A DNA stretch of 63,772 bases, counting the filler, from Rhabdomonas costata (Eukaryota): the NCBI GenBank assembly GCA_019059605.1. It is 58 parts of 58 records of this genome, joined end to end, with 100 filler letters (N's around TTAATTAATTAA, not from the genome) between each part and the next. Parts side by side here need not be neighbours in the genome. Positions count along the whole stretch, not along the records: positions 46,257 to 47,257 come from JAHMHO010034403.1; positions 47,358 to 48,358 come from JAHMHO010034404.1; positions 48,459 to 49,459 come from JAHMHO010034405.1; positions 49,560 to 50,560 come from JAHMHO010034407.1; positions 50,661 to 51,661 come from JAHMHO010034408.1; positions 51,762 to 52,762 come from JAHMHO010034409.1; positions 52,863 to 53,863 come from JAHMHO010034410.1; positions 53,964 to 54,964 come from JAHMHO010034412.1; 50 more parts are not named here. The stretch is one strand, 5' to 3'. Shown one piece after another: positions 46,452 to 59,967 of the stretch. The notes under the pieces are model-generated. The model searched no databases. It was not told where the DNA came from and worked only from the letters and a program-made list of their open reading frames with translations. Position numbers and translations under genes: made by a program. Positions within the stretch are counted from its first letter, which is position 1; the number at the start of each line of letters is the position of its first letter.

Positions 46452-47544
46452 ACGAGCGAAACTTCGCTTACCCCGCCCACAAACACACACAAACAAGGTC
46501 CGACTATCAGTGGCGCAGCAACCACAACAAACGTGGAGCACCAGACATGAGTCCAAACCCGAAACTCTAGCTCGAGCAATCAGCTCAATGACAGTCTTCG
46601 GTGCGGTCGGGTTCGAGAGTGACCGTAGAATATGTCGCTCAGGTTTGGGCCAAAACAAGAGGTGACAGTTGTACCCTGCGATTTCTGGCGCCGAGAACAG
46701 AGTTTAGAGAAGAGAGCTGTCCTGAGCAGCTCAGCTGGCCATCAGACATGACGGACCAAAAAAACTGAACACGTGATTGAGAGACCTGTGAGCACTGTGA
46801 CCACCTTCTGAAGCCGCTCCGCAGACTTGCGCAGCCTCTCCGGAGGGGGCTTGGCACCCTTCTGCGCAAGCTCCTGCGAGCGAGCCAAAAGAAGACCCAC
46901 GTGCGATCTCGGAATTATGTATAGGAGGGCGGGGAGTTGACACCTACCTCACACTAACACACCGAAATAATGAAACCGCTCAGGGGTGTAGCCGAGAGTT
47001 TCTTGCACTGGTTCCTGCTTTTTTCTTGAATGTGAAAAGACCTTTCGGCGTGAATCCAAAGGCCAAACGACCTTGGGGTGTCCAACTTTTTTGTCGGTAG
47101 GCGCAGCTAAAACAAGTCATCAGATTCCCCAGAGATCACGTCCCCGCCTCAGTTATCTACATCGCCTCGTCCGCCAAAGCCTGGCAACGGGCAACTCCTT
47201 CATTAGCAGTATTTATGGGGTGACAACCTCACCCCCCCCCCCCCCCCACCCCACCCCNNNNNNNNNNNNNNNNNNNNNNNNNNNNNNNNNNNNNNNNNNN
47301 NTTAATTAATTAANNNNNNNNNNNNNNNNNNNNNNNNNNNNNNNNNNNNNNNNNNNNGGTTGGTTGTTATTCGAGTTAGTTTGTGCAGATCCTTGTAGAC
47401 AATAGCTCCCCCTCGCGGTCAGCATTGCTGGTATGAGGGCTCATGGAGTCAAACGAGCTCGAATTACTGGCATTCCTTTTTCATGGATGTAAGTGATTAT
47501 GCTTATATCGATTTGATCCGCGCATCACCCCTTTGTTTGCGCAG

Positions 47545-48352
47545 CTACATCATCACGGACCGCGCCTTCTCGGTGTTCTACATGTCTCGCCTCATGCTGC
47601 TGTCCTTCCCGTTTGGCCAGCTGGCCTCCGTTGGCATCTGGATCGAGCGGTCTTGCTCAGGCTCCGTCAGGCCTGTCACGCAATCGTGTCTTTCTTTTTT
47701 TCTCTGGAATTGTCTGGAATTGTCTGGAATCCTTTCAAACGAGTGTGCGGCCTGCGGGGCGAAAGGGAAATCGGGGATTTGTCCGTGAACGGCGCCTGCA
47801 CCAGACAGAAGCGTTGTGCGGGGGAGCAAAGATGGCGGTCCTTTCCCGTTACACCGTCACGAACTGTGCCCCAACCCCTCCTTACGATGCGAAGTCCCAC
47901 TCTCTCGTGAATGAGCGTTGCCGGATGTCTGCTGTTTATATAGCAGGCATCGTCGAATGCTTAGAGACTGGATCATCTGTGCGAAAGAAAACACTGAGCA
48001 TATTTTCGGGACCAGCAACAGGAATACGGAAATGTACCGCGCTAAATTCTCAGTTTCGGGGGGTGTAACTGGTGCTGAAAGGAAAGTCTTGCCAGAACTG
48101 GGCGCATTTCTTTCTTGCCAGAGGTGGGATGAGGGACAAACGATTCTACCCTAGCTGTGATGTTTGCCTCTCAGCTTTACGTTCCGGTGCAACGAGCACA
48201 GCGAGAGGTGCCTTTCTGCCGAGCGTGAGATGGGACGGTTCCTGACCTACCACATCCGCCGCCTTCCGGAGGACCACTGGTGCGTCCCTCTGAAGAGCCC
48301 CCCGCAGTTCGTGCAGCGCGTGCTCAGCACCGGGGGCACCGAGCTGCACGAG
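47545..48352 (+). CDS. Unknown protein, two exons (47545-47649, 48175-48352)
   Basis: YIITDRAFSVFYMSRLMLLSFPFGQLASVGIWIER / FTFRCNEHSERCLSAEREMGRFLTYHIRRLPEDHWCVPLKSPPQFVQRVLS; phase-2 GT-AG join (CG|C) and strong GC3 bias. Confidence 0.65.
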
Positions 48353-49666
48353 GTGCCGNNNNNNNNNNNNNNNNNNNNNNNNNNNNNNNNNNNNNNNNNN
48401 NNTTAATTAATTAANNNNNNNNNNNNNNNNNNNNNNNNNNNNNNNNNNNNNNNNNNNNTTTTGTGGGTGAAATCACTTTTTGTTGTGCTTTGATTACTAT
48501 TTTCCGTGCTCCTTGTTTCTTTGTTTCGTCGTTTGGACGCGGTGCCTTTGGTGGGGGGGGGGCACAGCGTTTGAGCACCGTGTCAGTGTTGGTCTGCGGG
48601 GAGAATACAGGCAAGTGCGGGGGCCTCCGTCGTTGCTGCCTTCCGCTGCCTCCCCCTTTTTTCCTCCTCCGTGCTCCACTGCAGCGGTTGGCGCCATGAG
48701 ATTATTTTTTAGTGTCTGTATGTCAATGTGGTGTGATGGCCACTGATCGGTACGGGGAGGGTGCTGGACGGTGACTTTGAGAGAGAAGGGAGGAGAACAA
48801 AGTCCTCGCCCCACTTTTCTTTTGGTGAGGCATCTGTCCTTTTTTGGCGGTGATTCTTTCTTCTCTCCGAATGAAGGGACGTTGGTTTTCGCATGACTCA
48901 GATAAGTGCCCTCTGATCCGTGGTTCGGACTCTCTATGTGCCTGCGTCTTTGCCATTTGGTATTTCGGCTCCGGCAGTTCTATGCACAGCGAAGCAGATT
49001 ACCGGCCTCTTTGCTGCTGTGCCACCTCACCTCCCACCCCCCCCGTCTATCCCACTCGTGGGCCCGAAGCTGCGGCATGAGTTTCCGAGCTCTGTGCTCC
49101 GAGTCGTTGTGATTCCCGCACCGTTACCGAAAAGAATGACCGATGGAAGCACTGGGAGTCGCGGGGCGTGATTCCTTTCGAAGACGTGTGTGGGTTCTAT
49201 CCTCAGACTCGACACTTCGCATGAAGTCGAAGAAGTTCAAACCCCGCGGACTGAGAGAATTTCCCCCTACGTCGAGGGTCTGTTGAGTTTCGAACCCAAG
49301 AAAGTATCTTTTTGGAAAATTGTCGTCAGCTATATCCGAAAAACCAATGCAAGCGTTTTGGGATCTGATACGCTTCATTCAACAACTGCTTTTGTGGCGG
49401 CTTTGAGATGGGAGCATCGCCACCCACATTCCTTCTTTTCTGCTTTTCCACCCAACACCNNNNNNNNNNNNNNNNNNNNNNNNNNNNNNNNNNNNNNNNN
49501 NNNTTAATTAATTAANNNNNNNNNNNNNNNNNNNNNNNNNNNNNNNNNNNNNNNNNNNNTGTGGGGGTTTGCTGTCATACTTCGCTTCTTGTGACGTGTG
49601 GGAATTCCGTGAGGGGGTTTTCACCGTTCTTTTAGGTGAAATGTTGTTCTTTTGGCGGGGTCTCAG

Positions 49667-50064
49667 GTGGTGCGACAGCTGGTCAACAATGATGCCTCAC
49701 TGCTCTCTGCAGTGCCTGACACCGGGGCGACCCCGCTGCACATCGCCACGCAAAGGGGGCACCTGGCCTGTGTGGAGTTGTTGTTTCGGCTTGGTCCTCC
49801 GTCTCTGCCCCCTCTCCCTTCCCGTGTTTGGGCACTGTTCATCTCCACGTAGAGCCGGGTATTTATCCACATCCCCCATTGATGCGGCTGATGCCTTTTC
49901 CGTTTTTTTTCTGAGTGTTGCACCGCTTCAAACCCATACACTTTTGCGGTTTTCATCTTTTAGGATGTGGCCCTGGAACTACCGATGACAGGGGGGCAAC
50001 GGCTCTCCACATTGCGGCGGAGGGTGGCCACCTAAAAGTCGTACGGCTTCTTCTGGACCTTCAG
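49667..50064 (+). CDS. Ankyrin-repeat protein, two exons (49667-49793, 49964-50064)
   Basis: TGATPLHIATQRGHLACVELLFRLG / DDRGATALHIAAEGGHLKVVRLLLDLQ; phase-1 GT-AG join. Confidence 0.9.
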
Positions 50065-51259
50065 GTGCCAAGCCCTTTTGCATTCTAAAGGAAAGAATGT
50101 GGGTTCACCACGCATAGATGCTGTGCCGTTTCATTAACGGCGAAGCTTTTCGTCGGGGTGGCAGCACCAGAACACCATTTAAAGGGCTAACTGTGCAGCC
50201 TCTTTTCTGTCTGGTGGCGTTATTCTATTACATGGCTGCGGTGTGAATATCGCAATTCTTTGTACCCAAATAAATTATCTAGAGGTATACGGCTTCGTTC
50301 TTGTTCTTGTCCCTTCGTCGTTGTCTTACGTTAAAGCAGCTCACATACATGCGCATACACACATACACACAGCCAAGAGCCAAATTGTGCAGATTTTTCG
50401 TGCCATTCTGTTTCGAAGCGTGTGTGGTGGGGTCGACGTGGTAACTGTCAGGGTGCATTTTACTGGTTGCGGCAGTGGAGGCGGTGTATTGTGTGTGTGC
50501 ATATGTTTGGGCGTAGGCCTCGGTGACGTCACGGGACGCGGCCGGAAACACCCCCCCCCCNNNNNNNNNNNNNNNNNNNNNNNNNNNNNNNNNNNNNNNN
50601 NNNNTTAATTAATTAANNNNNNNNNNNNNNNNNNNNNNNNNNNNNNNNNNNNNNNNNNNNTGTGGGTTGTGTGTCCGGGAGGTTGAGGTTGTCCTGGGAC
50701 GCAAGACCGCTTCATGTCGATTGAAGCAGCAACGGAGCCCGTTGACTCCGAGGGTCCGAGGGGAGGAAGGGTATGAAAGCTGACAAGTCGATAAAACGCG
50801 CATACACAGAACATGCAGGGACATTTGCAGGGTCATCGTAAGGTGAGTTGCATTCTTGGTTGCAAATATTCCCTCACGATTCCAAAGGAAAGGATGCGTT
50901 ACTTCCGGGCAAGGATGCTGAGATTCTGCCCGTGGGCGCCTCGTTTCCTTAACTTGTAAGCAGGTCTCTCCCATTTCTGAACGTTACCCAAGAAGATATG
51001 GGTTCAAAAGAACTACTGGTGTGAGATATCCGGTTCCGTACAGGAGTAACACATCCCGCTCATTTCCAATAATACCTCCGATGATAACCCTTCATCAACA
51101 CCCTTTGCACAAGCTAAATGATCACTGCTGAAACCCACCAGAAGGGCAAAGGTCATATGTCTCAAGGTCCGTGTTGATGTAACAGTCTTTGACAACCCAC
51201 CCATCCGAACCCCGCACCCCGCAAGACAACTACATAACCTGTGCGTGTATATCATGCAG

Positions 51260-51412
51260 AACCCGACCTCCACACAGCAGTCCTGCCTGAGAATCCTCCA
51301 CAGCCTCAGCCAAGTCAAGAAGTACATCCCCCAGGCTGTGCTGGAGCAGCTGCGGGGCGGAGATTCTGAAACGGATGAGGAACTGGTGGTTAAAGGCGAG
51401 CAGATCGAGGAG
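51260..51412 (+). CDS. Exon resembling the signalling helix that precedes class III nucleotide cyclase domains
   Basis: 51-codon exon (CAG|..GAG|GCAAGC) containing ILHSLSQVKKYIPQAVLEQL, similar to the LxxFxKYVPxxVV linker. The cyclase domain itself is not in the contig. Confidence 0.4.
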
Positions 51413-52012
51413 GCAAGCGCCGAGGGATGCGCACTGACTCCCAAGAGTCAACCCAGCATAAAACCCACCGCCTCTTCTGCAACGGTGTGTATGTGTGCGT
51501 GTGGGTGCACGTTTATTTCTATTTTGTATGTATATGCACATGCCAGTGGGGGTTTCAAATTGTTGGGCCTTGGATCCCGAGGGGGACGGCCAGCTCTGCA
51601 AGTGAAGGGCTGTGGCATGTGCATATACATACAAAATAGAAATAAACGTGCACCCCCACAANNNNNNNNNNNNNNNNNNNNNNNNNNNNNNNNNNNNNNN
51701 NNNNNTTAATTAATTAANNNNNNNNNNNNNNNNNNNNNNNNNNNNNNNNNNNNNNNNNNNNTTGTGGTTTTTTGTTCACGCGCGCGGACGTTCACTGCTG
51801 CACCACACAAATACGGCAAATGTGTGGTCATAAGCCGGCTAACGGTGGAGCGGTTGGTAAAGTGGAAAGGCAAGCGGTCGGGTGCCCACCGACCGTCGAT
51901 GAATCCACGACCGGAACCACTAGCGCATCGTGCATTTGAGATGGGGAGGTCTTCTGCATGGCTGTTATTACTTCAATTCATATTTGGAAAAAAAAAATTT
52001 CCGTCCGCGCAG

Positions 52013-52666
52013 TTCGGTGGACGATGAGCGGAGATGCTACTCGGGTCGGTGGAAAAGGCCATACCTCCACGATCACCTCACTGGTGCTTCTGGTGTGGAA
52101 GACGTTTCAAACGCAGGCGTACACGCGCACCGCATTGGTCGCACAGATGTTTTCTTCCTCGGCTGTCCCGCATGATCGCATACAAACGGCCTGCATTCCC
52201 ACCGCGCGCGCCTTCTCGTCGAGTTCCTTGGATACTGAAATCCTCTGATTCTCTGCAACAGGCTAGAAACACACCCTCTCACCCACCGCAGTTGCAATCG
52301 GAGCAGCAACGACTGCACCAGACCCCACACTCGCAAGCGCTAACAATTACGGCCGCTTATTGCAGATCTTGTTTGCGAAGATTGGTTCTTGCTACCCGAA
52401 CGTTAGTGGCAACACCGAGTCCGATCGGCGATCCGCGTTGTGATCTCTGATCAAGCAAGCTCATCTGCTTTGCAATGCCACGCGCAGATTGCTGCGGATG
52501 TGTTCCATTTTTTTACACTTCTTTCAACGGGTGAAACGTTTAAACCGCTTGCGTAGTGTATCTGCTTTGACTGTGTCAGCTACTCATTGTGTGGTGCGCA
52601 GGACGGGGTGCTTTACACGGGCGGCATGGACGACAAGGTCATGCGGGTGGACCCCGCAACGTTGCA
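52013..52666 (+). CDS. WD40 actin-interacting protein 1 (WDR1/AIP1)-like, two exons (52013-52092, 52602-52666)
   Basis: RWTMSGDATRVGGKGHTSTITSLVLL / DGVLYTGGMDDKVMRVDPATL resembles the AIP1 segment W...G....GKGHTNQV.......L.S.SMDDTVR. Confidence 0.65.
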
Positions 52667-54459
52667 GTAGTATGCAATGCGACCCCACCCCCCTCCCGTC
52701 CGCGACGAATCCCTTTGCCCTGATTCCCTCTTTCCTTACAATCTTCTCTTACAACCCCACACNNNNNNNNNNNNNNNNNNNNNNNNNNNNNNNNNNNNNN
52801 NNNNNNTTAATTAATTAANNNNNNNNNNNNNNNNNNNNNNNNNNNNNNNNNNNNNNNNNNNNGGTGGTTGGTGCCTCCATTATGCTTCCCGTCGGCGGGG
52901 CACTCGCCCTGTTGAGTGTATCCACCCTACCCACTATGGTCCAGCTCGGTTGTTGCTTGGCGTTGCTGCAGCTTCCCGTGCTACCCGCGGTGCTTCGCGT
53001 GCGTTCGCACTTCCTGAGCATCGCGCTAAGTGTGCGGGTGTACCGCGAAGAGGAGGAGACTTCCGTTGCAAGGGAGGTCTGCGTTTTGCACTCCGTTTCG
53101 GTGGATACTTTGGAGCGTTGTCCGGATCCTTGTCCCGTGAGTGAACCAAAGTTGGTTTCTTGGAACGTTCAGGAAGATTCTTGGTTCAGGAACTCCCCCA
53201 TTTTTCTGAGTGGCGGCTTCCCTCGAGTTTCCACTCACGCACGCGGAGATCGAACCCAAAGGCGCGATGCGTGGTATATGGAGGCTGGAAGGGCAACGCA
53301 ACAGTTTGGCGGCCTGCACAGCCAGTAGCAAAGCAGGTGCACACGGAATCTGCCACACCCCCCAGGTTCTCACGTCGCCGCTTTCTGCGATCAGCCGATA
53401 CGCCAAGGTTGCTTTGACAACGGCGTCGCTCGTCCATTCCAGCCGCAGCTCCCTGCCTGCTCAGACCCTACGGTCAGCACCAGCACTCCTCTCAACCGGC
53501 ACCACAATGAGAAAATAATCCCTACAGCGGGCTGTGGGGAGCCCATCGAGGGAGGGTGGCTACGCGCACTCGCAATAGCAGCGGAGAGGTGCCCCCAACG
53601 GGCAGGCTCTCCTGCTGCCGAATCAGCCCCAGCCTGCGTCTCGAAAAGTCGAAAAGGTCATCGTGTTCAACGTCCGACGCGCAGGCCGTGAGCACCGGTA
53701 CACGCGCTCTCCCAGTAATGGAGGCGCCGGCGATGGCCGCCCGCCTGTCCATCGCAAAAGACGGCTGTTTCGGTGTGCAGCGCAGTTTGGTTTGATAAGT
53801 AATATTTCTCCAGCACCCCTTCCCGTGTGTTCAGGAAGCAGTCGGCCACTTCACCCCCCCACCNNNNNNNNNNNNNNNNNNNNNNNNNNNNNNNNNNNNN
53901 NNNNNNNTTAATTAATTAANNNNNNNNNNNNNNNNNNNNNNNNNNNNNNNNNNNNNNNNNNNNGCACCGAAAGGCCAGAACGTGGTTAGGAGGCTGTTCA
54001 CGTACGGGGGCTCTGCTGTATATTTTGAGATTAAAAATGCACGCCGTTCACCAAAGCACTTGTGCCGCCTTCAAAAATACCGTTCAAACCTCAGAAACTT
54101 TGCTCCGAAACTTTGCTGCCGAAAAATCTGAAACGACGGGAAATTTACTCCGGAATATCGCGGTGAGCTTAGCTCATCGTCATGTGGATCATGATCATCG
54201 GGTAAAAAGACGGAATGTTAGACTATTCTCTGGATGAACGCTCGTCGCTTGTCAGTCCTCCGTTGGAATGCACGTCACAGCGAAGCATACAATCATACAA
54301 CCCAGGGGGACCCCTGGTTTTTGGTATCGTAATTCTCCGTGCAAGAAACACTTTCAGCTTCCTTGCTTCAAACATAGGAGACTTCTCTTCCCCAATTCGA
54401 TCTCCAGACCGTTGGAAGGATTCACTTTCATGGTTGAATGACCTCCCTTGTTTTTGCAG

Positions 54460-54661
54460 GTTGAGACGCTACAGAGGCTGTCACATCCCAATATCGTGGA
54501 GTTGTTGGACTCCGCCGTTTTGCAACACTTGGTGTACCTCATGCTAGAAAAACTGGAGAATCCTCTGACGTATCTGCTGAAGTTCGGGCCACTCCGAGCA
54601 GGCTCCCTGCGCCATTATATGCGCGATATTGTGAAAGGCCTGGAGTACCTCCATGGGCAAG
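54460..54661 (+). CDS. Ser/Thr protein kinase exon (subdomains III-VIa)
   Basis: VETLQRLSHPNIVELLDS..VYLMLE..LLKFGPL..LRHYMRDIVKGLEYLHGQG between TTTTTGCAG| and |GT. Confidence 0.9.
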
Positions 54662-54662
54662 G

Positions 54663-54964
54663 TTTTTTTTCCTTGTGTTGAGTGTTTGGGCGGCACAGTT
54701 GACCAAGATCCAGGAATCCCCGTGGAACATCCCGCGGTAGGAGCTGGATGGTTACGTATGTTCCATGAGGCGGGAGATTTTTTGTTTAGTTTTGCTGGGA
54801 AACCGGCTACCTCTAAATTTGTTTATTATAGTATAATGGGGTTATGCATTCTTTTTTTCCTTGTGTTGAGTGTTTGGGCGGCACAGTTGACCAAGATCCA
54901 GGAATCCCCGTGGAACATCCCGCGGTAGGAGCTGGATGGTTACGTATGTTCCATGAGGCGGGAG
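54663..54964. repeat. Direct repeat of about 112 bp (about 54663-54777 and 54853-54964)
   Basis: TTTTTTCCTTGTGTTGAGTGTTTGGGCGGCACAG...CCATGAGGCGGGAG occurs twice, apparently identical. Confidence 0.95.
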
Positions 54965-57900
54965 NNNNNNNNNNNNNNNNNNNNNNNNNNNNNNNNNNNN
55001 NNNNNNNNTTAATTAATTAANNNNNNNNNNNNNNNNNNNNNNNNNNNNNNNNNNNNNNNNNNNNTGTGGGGGTGACTTCAAACGCAATGCACAGTTTCTG
55101 GTTTTGGGGGTGGTGTGATGGGACGCTTGGTGGGCGACTGGCCTCACTTGATCGCTCTGGCCAAGCCTGCCCAGTGTAAAGAGATTAATCAAAGACATTA
55201 CGCTCGAGAGACAACGGGCATGACCATTCACCCAGGGTAAAAAGACCGAACAGAAACGACAGCTCGGGAACCGAAGACCCGAAGGGTTGAAGAAACTTTC
55301 GTCGACGAAAGCGGGCTGGCCATTTCACTTCCTAGGCCACAGGAATGGGCGAGATTTTTTTTAAGAGAGAGAGAGAGAGAGAGAGAAAGGTCACGGCAGC
55401 AGCGCACAGGTTGTTCATGGTCCGGGCCATAGGCAATGCAATAACTTACACTGGCAACGAAGGAAAAGCGAGAAATCGGCAAGAGTCTTCTTTTTATAAA
55501 ACGAGGAATTCATTCCTACCCTATCTCTACCCTATCGCCCACCGCGGATCAATGAATAAAACCGGAATCACTGAATCAGGGTAATTGTAAGTAGCAATTC
55601 CACTGTCAACGAGCGGTGCGGGTTCTCACTCGAGCATCTCAAAGTTGGAAGGATCCGGGTCCCCCACAGGGGGCCGATGGTGGTGAGGGTGCACCCGGGG
55701 CTCCCTGCGACCCCCGAAGTCCTCCCTACGGTCCTCTGGTCCTCCATCTTCGACAACAGTATCGGCCACCCACCTGCACCACAAGATAAAGAAAGCTTCT
55801 GGGCACTACACTCCAAAATCTTCCCATTCCCACTTCCTGGAGACCAACGGCGTTATCCGCAAAGCTGGCGAGCATTTTGCCCACTACTCACCTTTCAGAA
55901 AACAAAACAGAAACCGAAGGGGGCCCTTTCCAATTTGTATGTAGTCGAAAAATAGAAATCGGACCATCAATAAACCATCACCCGCTACTGTCCATATCAC
56001 GCTAGAAAAATAGAAATCGGACCATCAATAAACCATCACCCCAACCCACCAACCACACCCAACACNNNNNNNNNNNNNNNNNNNNNNNNNNNNNNNNNNN
56101 NNNNNNNNNTTAATTAATTAANNNNNNNNNNNNNNNNNNNNNNNNNNNNNNNNNNNNNNNNNNNNTGTGGTTTTGCCCCTATCAGTTCGAATTATCGTTT
56201 CTTCCTTTTCCCTTTTCCCTTTTCTTCTGCCCGCGCCCCGTGTTCATGTGTGCTCACAGTCACACTGTGCCGTTGCTTGCACTGATACCCTTGCTTATAC
56301 CCCTCAAAAAGGGACTTCCTCAAAAAAATGGCCTCTTGCGAAAAGGAGCCCCAGCCGCTCGTGGTTTCCCCGACCATCGGGGTGAAGCGGAACCCTTGGA
56401 TGTGACAGAACCTGTTCCCAGGACGCCGGCCCTATATTCCTGTTACTTTCAAAGTCAGTCCTCCTCAAACATGGGGATTTCTCGACCTCACTCAAAAAAA
56501 GTGGAACTCGCCGTAGACGTCTCCCTGCAGCTGAGGACAGGCGGTTTTCACTGGGACAAAGCAACTGAGAGCGAAAACCACCAATCACAGCACGCTGCCT
56601 GGAAAGCGCTATGCAAAAGGGGAACAATTAAATTACAGAGGAACGAGACAGAGCGAAAATAAACAAGGCAGGAGACCAAAACACGAAGAAAACACGACAG
56701 CGAAAAATTATTCATTTATCAGGAGAGTGGGAGGGAGGAGGGATATAGAAAAGGTGAAAGAAAAAAGGGCGGGAGATTAGATCTGCCAGGAGAACTGTCT
56801 GGGACCGGTAGGCCCGAAACAGCCGAGCTCAGGGAAGGCCCCAGCTGCCCGTGGTTTCCCCGGCCACGTAGCGAACTCCTTAGGCATGACAGAATGCCCC
56901 GGACTGCTCCGTGTTGCTGCCCTGGGCCCTACGCCACTAGGCCGCAGACATGCGTGAAAGTACTTCGTAGCTGCAGGAGGGTGACGACAAACACTTTCAC
57001 GGCAACAACCACCCCATGGTCGAGCTGGTCAAGCATGGTCGAGTTTCTTTGGGGTGGGTCGGTTGCCCCCCTCACTCTGTTCCATGGCGGGGCTGTTACC
57101 AAGCAAATGCTTCTGAGGACCTGCGTACAATGCATCAACAGAGGCGCTAGACAAAGAAAAAACCACNNNNNNNNNNNNNNNNNNNNNNNNNNNNNNNNNN
57201 NNNNNNNNNNTTAATTAATTAANNNNNNNNNNNNNNNNNNNNNNNNNNNNNNNNNNNNNNNNNNNNGTTGGGGGGTTGTCATGGGTACACGGAAGGATGA
57301 GCAGCCTTTCATCCCTTGCAGGCCGGTGAGACGCGAGCTTCCTCCTCGTCCTCCTCCACATCAGCAACCCCTGCGGTAGCGCGACCTGCCTCAGTGTTAG
57401 GGCAACGCACACGATTCCCCTCCACCGCTGTGCCTGGGCGCAAAAGTGGGCGGACAACAAGGACCCCCTGCGTCACGCCTACAAGAGAGCGGAAGGAGGA
57501 GGCCATGGGTGGTAAGGCCAGCATCCTGCTTAGTCAGCGCAGCGCCAGCGTGCCCTACTCGAATTGGGATTTGGAGCGGCTTGCGAGCGGGAAGATGTAT
57601 TTCAGCAGGCGAAGGATTTAGGGGCCGAAGCCTATGGATTGGGTCGGGGACGCTGCGAGCCACCACGAGAGGAGATGGGAGAGATCCTTGGGGTTCGGGC
57701 TCTGCTGCTGAGCGGGCTTCTGGCAGGGCTTGCGTCGAAGCTTATGCAGTACCCGGCCACGAATTTAGGAGGCCTACCGGCCTCCATCCGCCAAGCAGTG
57801 GGGTTTCTGTGTGACCGGGGGTACCCAACGAAGCGGTGGCTTCGTGCTCTCTTCAGTGGCTTTCCAGCTGTTGGAAGCGTGGTTCGAGGGGGTGACCAGA

Positions 57901-58674
57901 GTAGAACTTCGGTACCCGGTATTGTCAGTCCCGGAGAAGTCCTGGGAAATCTAAAAGCCAAGAAAGCACATGATATAACAACACAACTAGCATAGCACCT
58001 GCCACATGTTACCAGTGCCAGAGAGCAGGATTAACTCGACGGGACCTTCCCCAGTCGCCCCGCTGTCAACACGGAGGTCACCGCGATCTTTATGCCCACG
58101 CCTCCATCCATCCTTCTCAGTGGTCTCCGGCCGCTTGGTGCACTCGGACTTGGGGTGCCGAGTGTCGGTGAGGGCTGTAAAAAACCTGGTTTCTTTGTTC
58201 ATAAAAACCAAAAAAACTGTTTTTTGATTTTTATGAACAAAGAAACCAGGTTTTTTACACCCCACCCNNNNNNNNNNNNNNNNNNNNNNNNNNNNNNNNN
58301 NNNNNNNNNNNTTAATTAATTAANNNNNNNNNNNNNNNNNNNNNNNNNNNNNNNNNNNNNNNNNNNNCATCATGGCACGAGGGCAGGGGGGAGGGGGAGG
58401 CGTGACCCTTGGGATGTGCTTGGGCGTTATTCTGGGTGCAACGACAGTGAAGACTGTGACCGTGAATTACGAAAGGGACGAGACTTTCAGTTAACGGTGT
58501 CGTGTGGTAGATCACGAACACGATTCACACTGAGAAGAAGGAAGGCCACGGTGGTCGGGTCTTGGAAGTCCGTCTCTTGGTTGGTCCCCGGTTCTGCGTG
58601 GATGTGGTCGGCTAGCTCGGCTACCTTGGCTAGCTGACTTGTGTGTGCGTATGCGTGTGCGTGTACGGTTATAC

Positions 58675-58782
58675 CTTGATGTGGTTGTTCTGCGAGCACA
58701 CGAACGAGAACAAGCACTCCTCGGGATCTTGTCGAAGCAGCCGCAGCCCCCGCACGGACTCCGCAACTTCGGCGAACCGAGC
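58675..58782 (-). CDS. OGG1: 8-oxoguanine DNA glycosylase exon
   Basis: 36-codon exon ARFAEVAESVRGLRLLRQDPEECLFSFVCSQNNHIK between CAG| and |GTATAA matches OGG1 GVRLLRQDPxECLFSFICSSNNNI. Not represented in the ORF track. Confidence 0.92.
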
Positions 58783-59865
58783 CTGCAAGGGGGTCACCTG
58801 TGGGTCAAAACCCGACATTCTCCGACTTCTTGAAAACAAAGAACCCCATCAATGTACACCACACGATGGTTTTTTGTTTGGCATGGGGACGATCGATCTG
58901 GTGAGATTCTCGGCCATTTGAGATATTGAGGACAAGGTGGTTCGGTAATCTGTGTCAGCGCTCCAGGATTAACAACGTTTCAGGGGATTTGGAAAACTGC
59001 GCCCGTTTGGCGGTTGAAAGTTCAATGCCCCCAAATACAATACCAATACAATACAGAAGCAAATACATGGTCTAAACCACTTGCTGGTGGCAAGAAGGAT
59101 TCCTCAACGGTCGCGAAGGAACGTACTCTTCGTTTCAACCACGATCCACAAAAAATCAATGCTCGGAAAAACAATCACCGGTTGTCCGATGAAAAACCAA
59201 TGAGGGTGAAGGTACAAAACAAACCCTGGTGTCTCAGTCCTTTTTTGTTAGCTTCTCGCCTCTTGTGAACTGCATAAGTAAACGGAGTCTGATGATTGGT
59301 GTACCACAGACGTTTGTTGGGTGCAGGCACTACGAGCCCTCGCACATTTCCGGTGATTGGGGCCCAATNNNNNNNNNNNNNNNNNNNNNNNNNNNNNNNN
59401 NNNNNNNNNNNNTTAATTAATTAANNNNNNNNNNNNNNNNNNNNNNNNNNNNNNNNNNNNNNNNNNNNTGTGTTGGGTGTCTAGAAATGTCACGTCTCCG
59501 AAACAATACAGGGCAAATATTCCGGAAAATCGAGTTCACGAAATAAGGCGAGTGATTAAAGGAATCCCTACTCTTCTAAATCGAAAACAAAATCCGAAAT
59601 TCAATGTCCTCTCTCAATGTATAGTCACACACCTGCATCCCATTCACCGCGGCGCCGGCATCCACTAGAAAATGAAAGAGCTCCGCAGAGGTGCCCTTGG
59701 CGGAGGCCGCGCAGAGCAAAGGTGTTTTCCCCTGCAGATCCTAAATGTCAAGGAAACCGCAGAAGTGACCTGGCTCGTTTTAGAATATCGCTATAGAGCG
59801 GAACCAGGGAATGGGCCGCACTCGTCGAGCAACAAGTGTGACCAGTGAAGCCAACACGCACAAAC

Positions 59866-59967
59866 CAGCTTGGTGATCTTGGCCCCAGCAGCCAGCAGGG
59901 CTTTCGCCACTCTCAGATTGTCACTCGCCGCAGCGTAATGTAAAGACTTCTTCCCAGTCGACGAATC
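59866..59967 (-). CDS. Ankyrin-repeat exon
   Basis: 34-codon exon DSSTGKKSLHYAAASDNLRVAKALLAAGAKITKL between CAG| and |GT. Confidence 0.8.
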
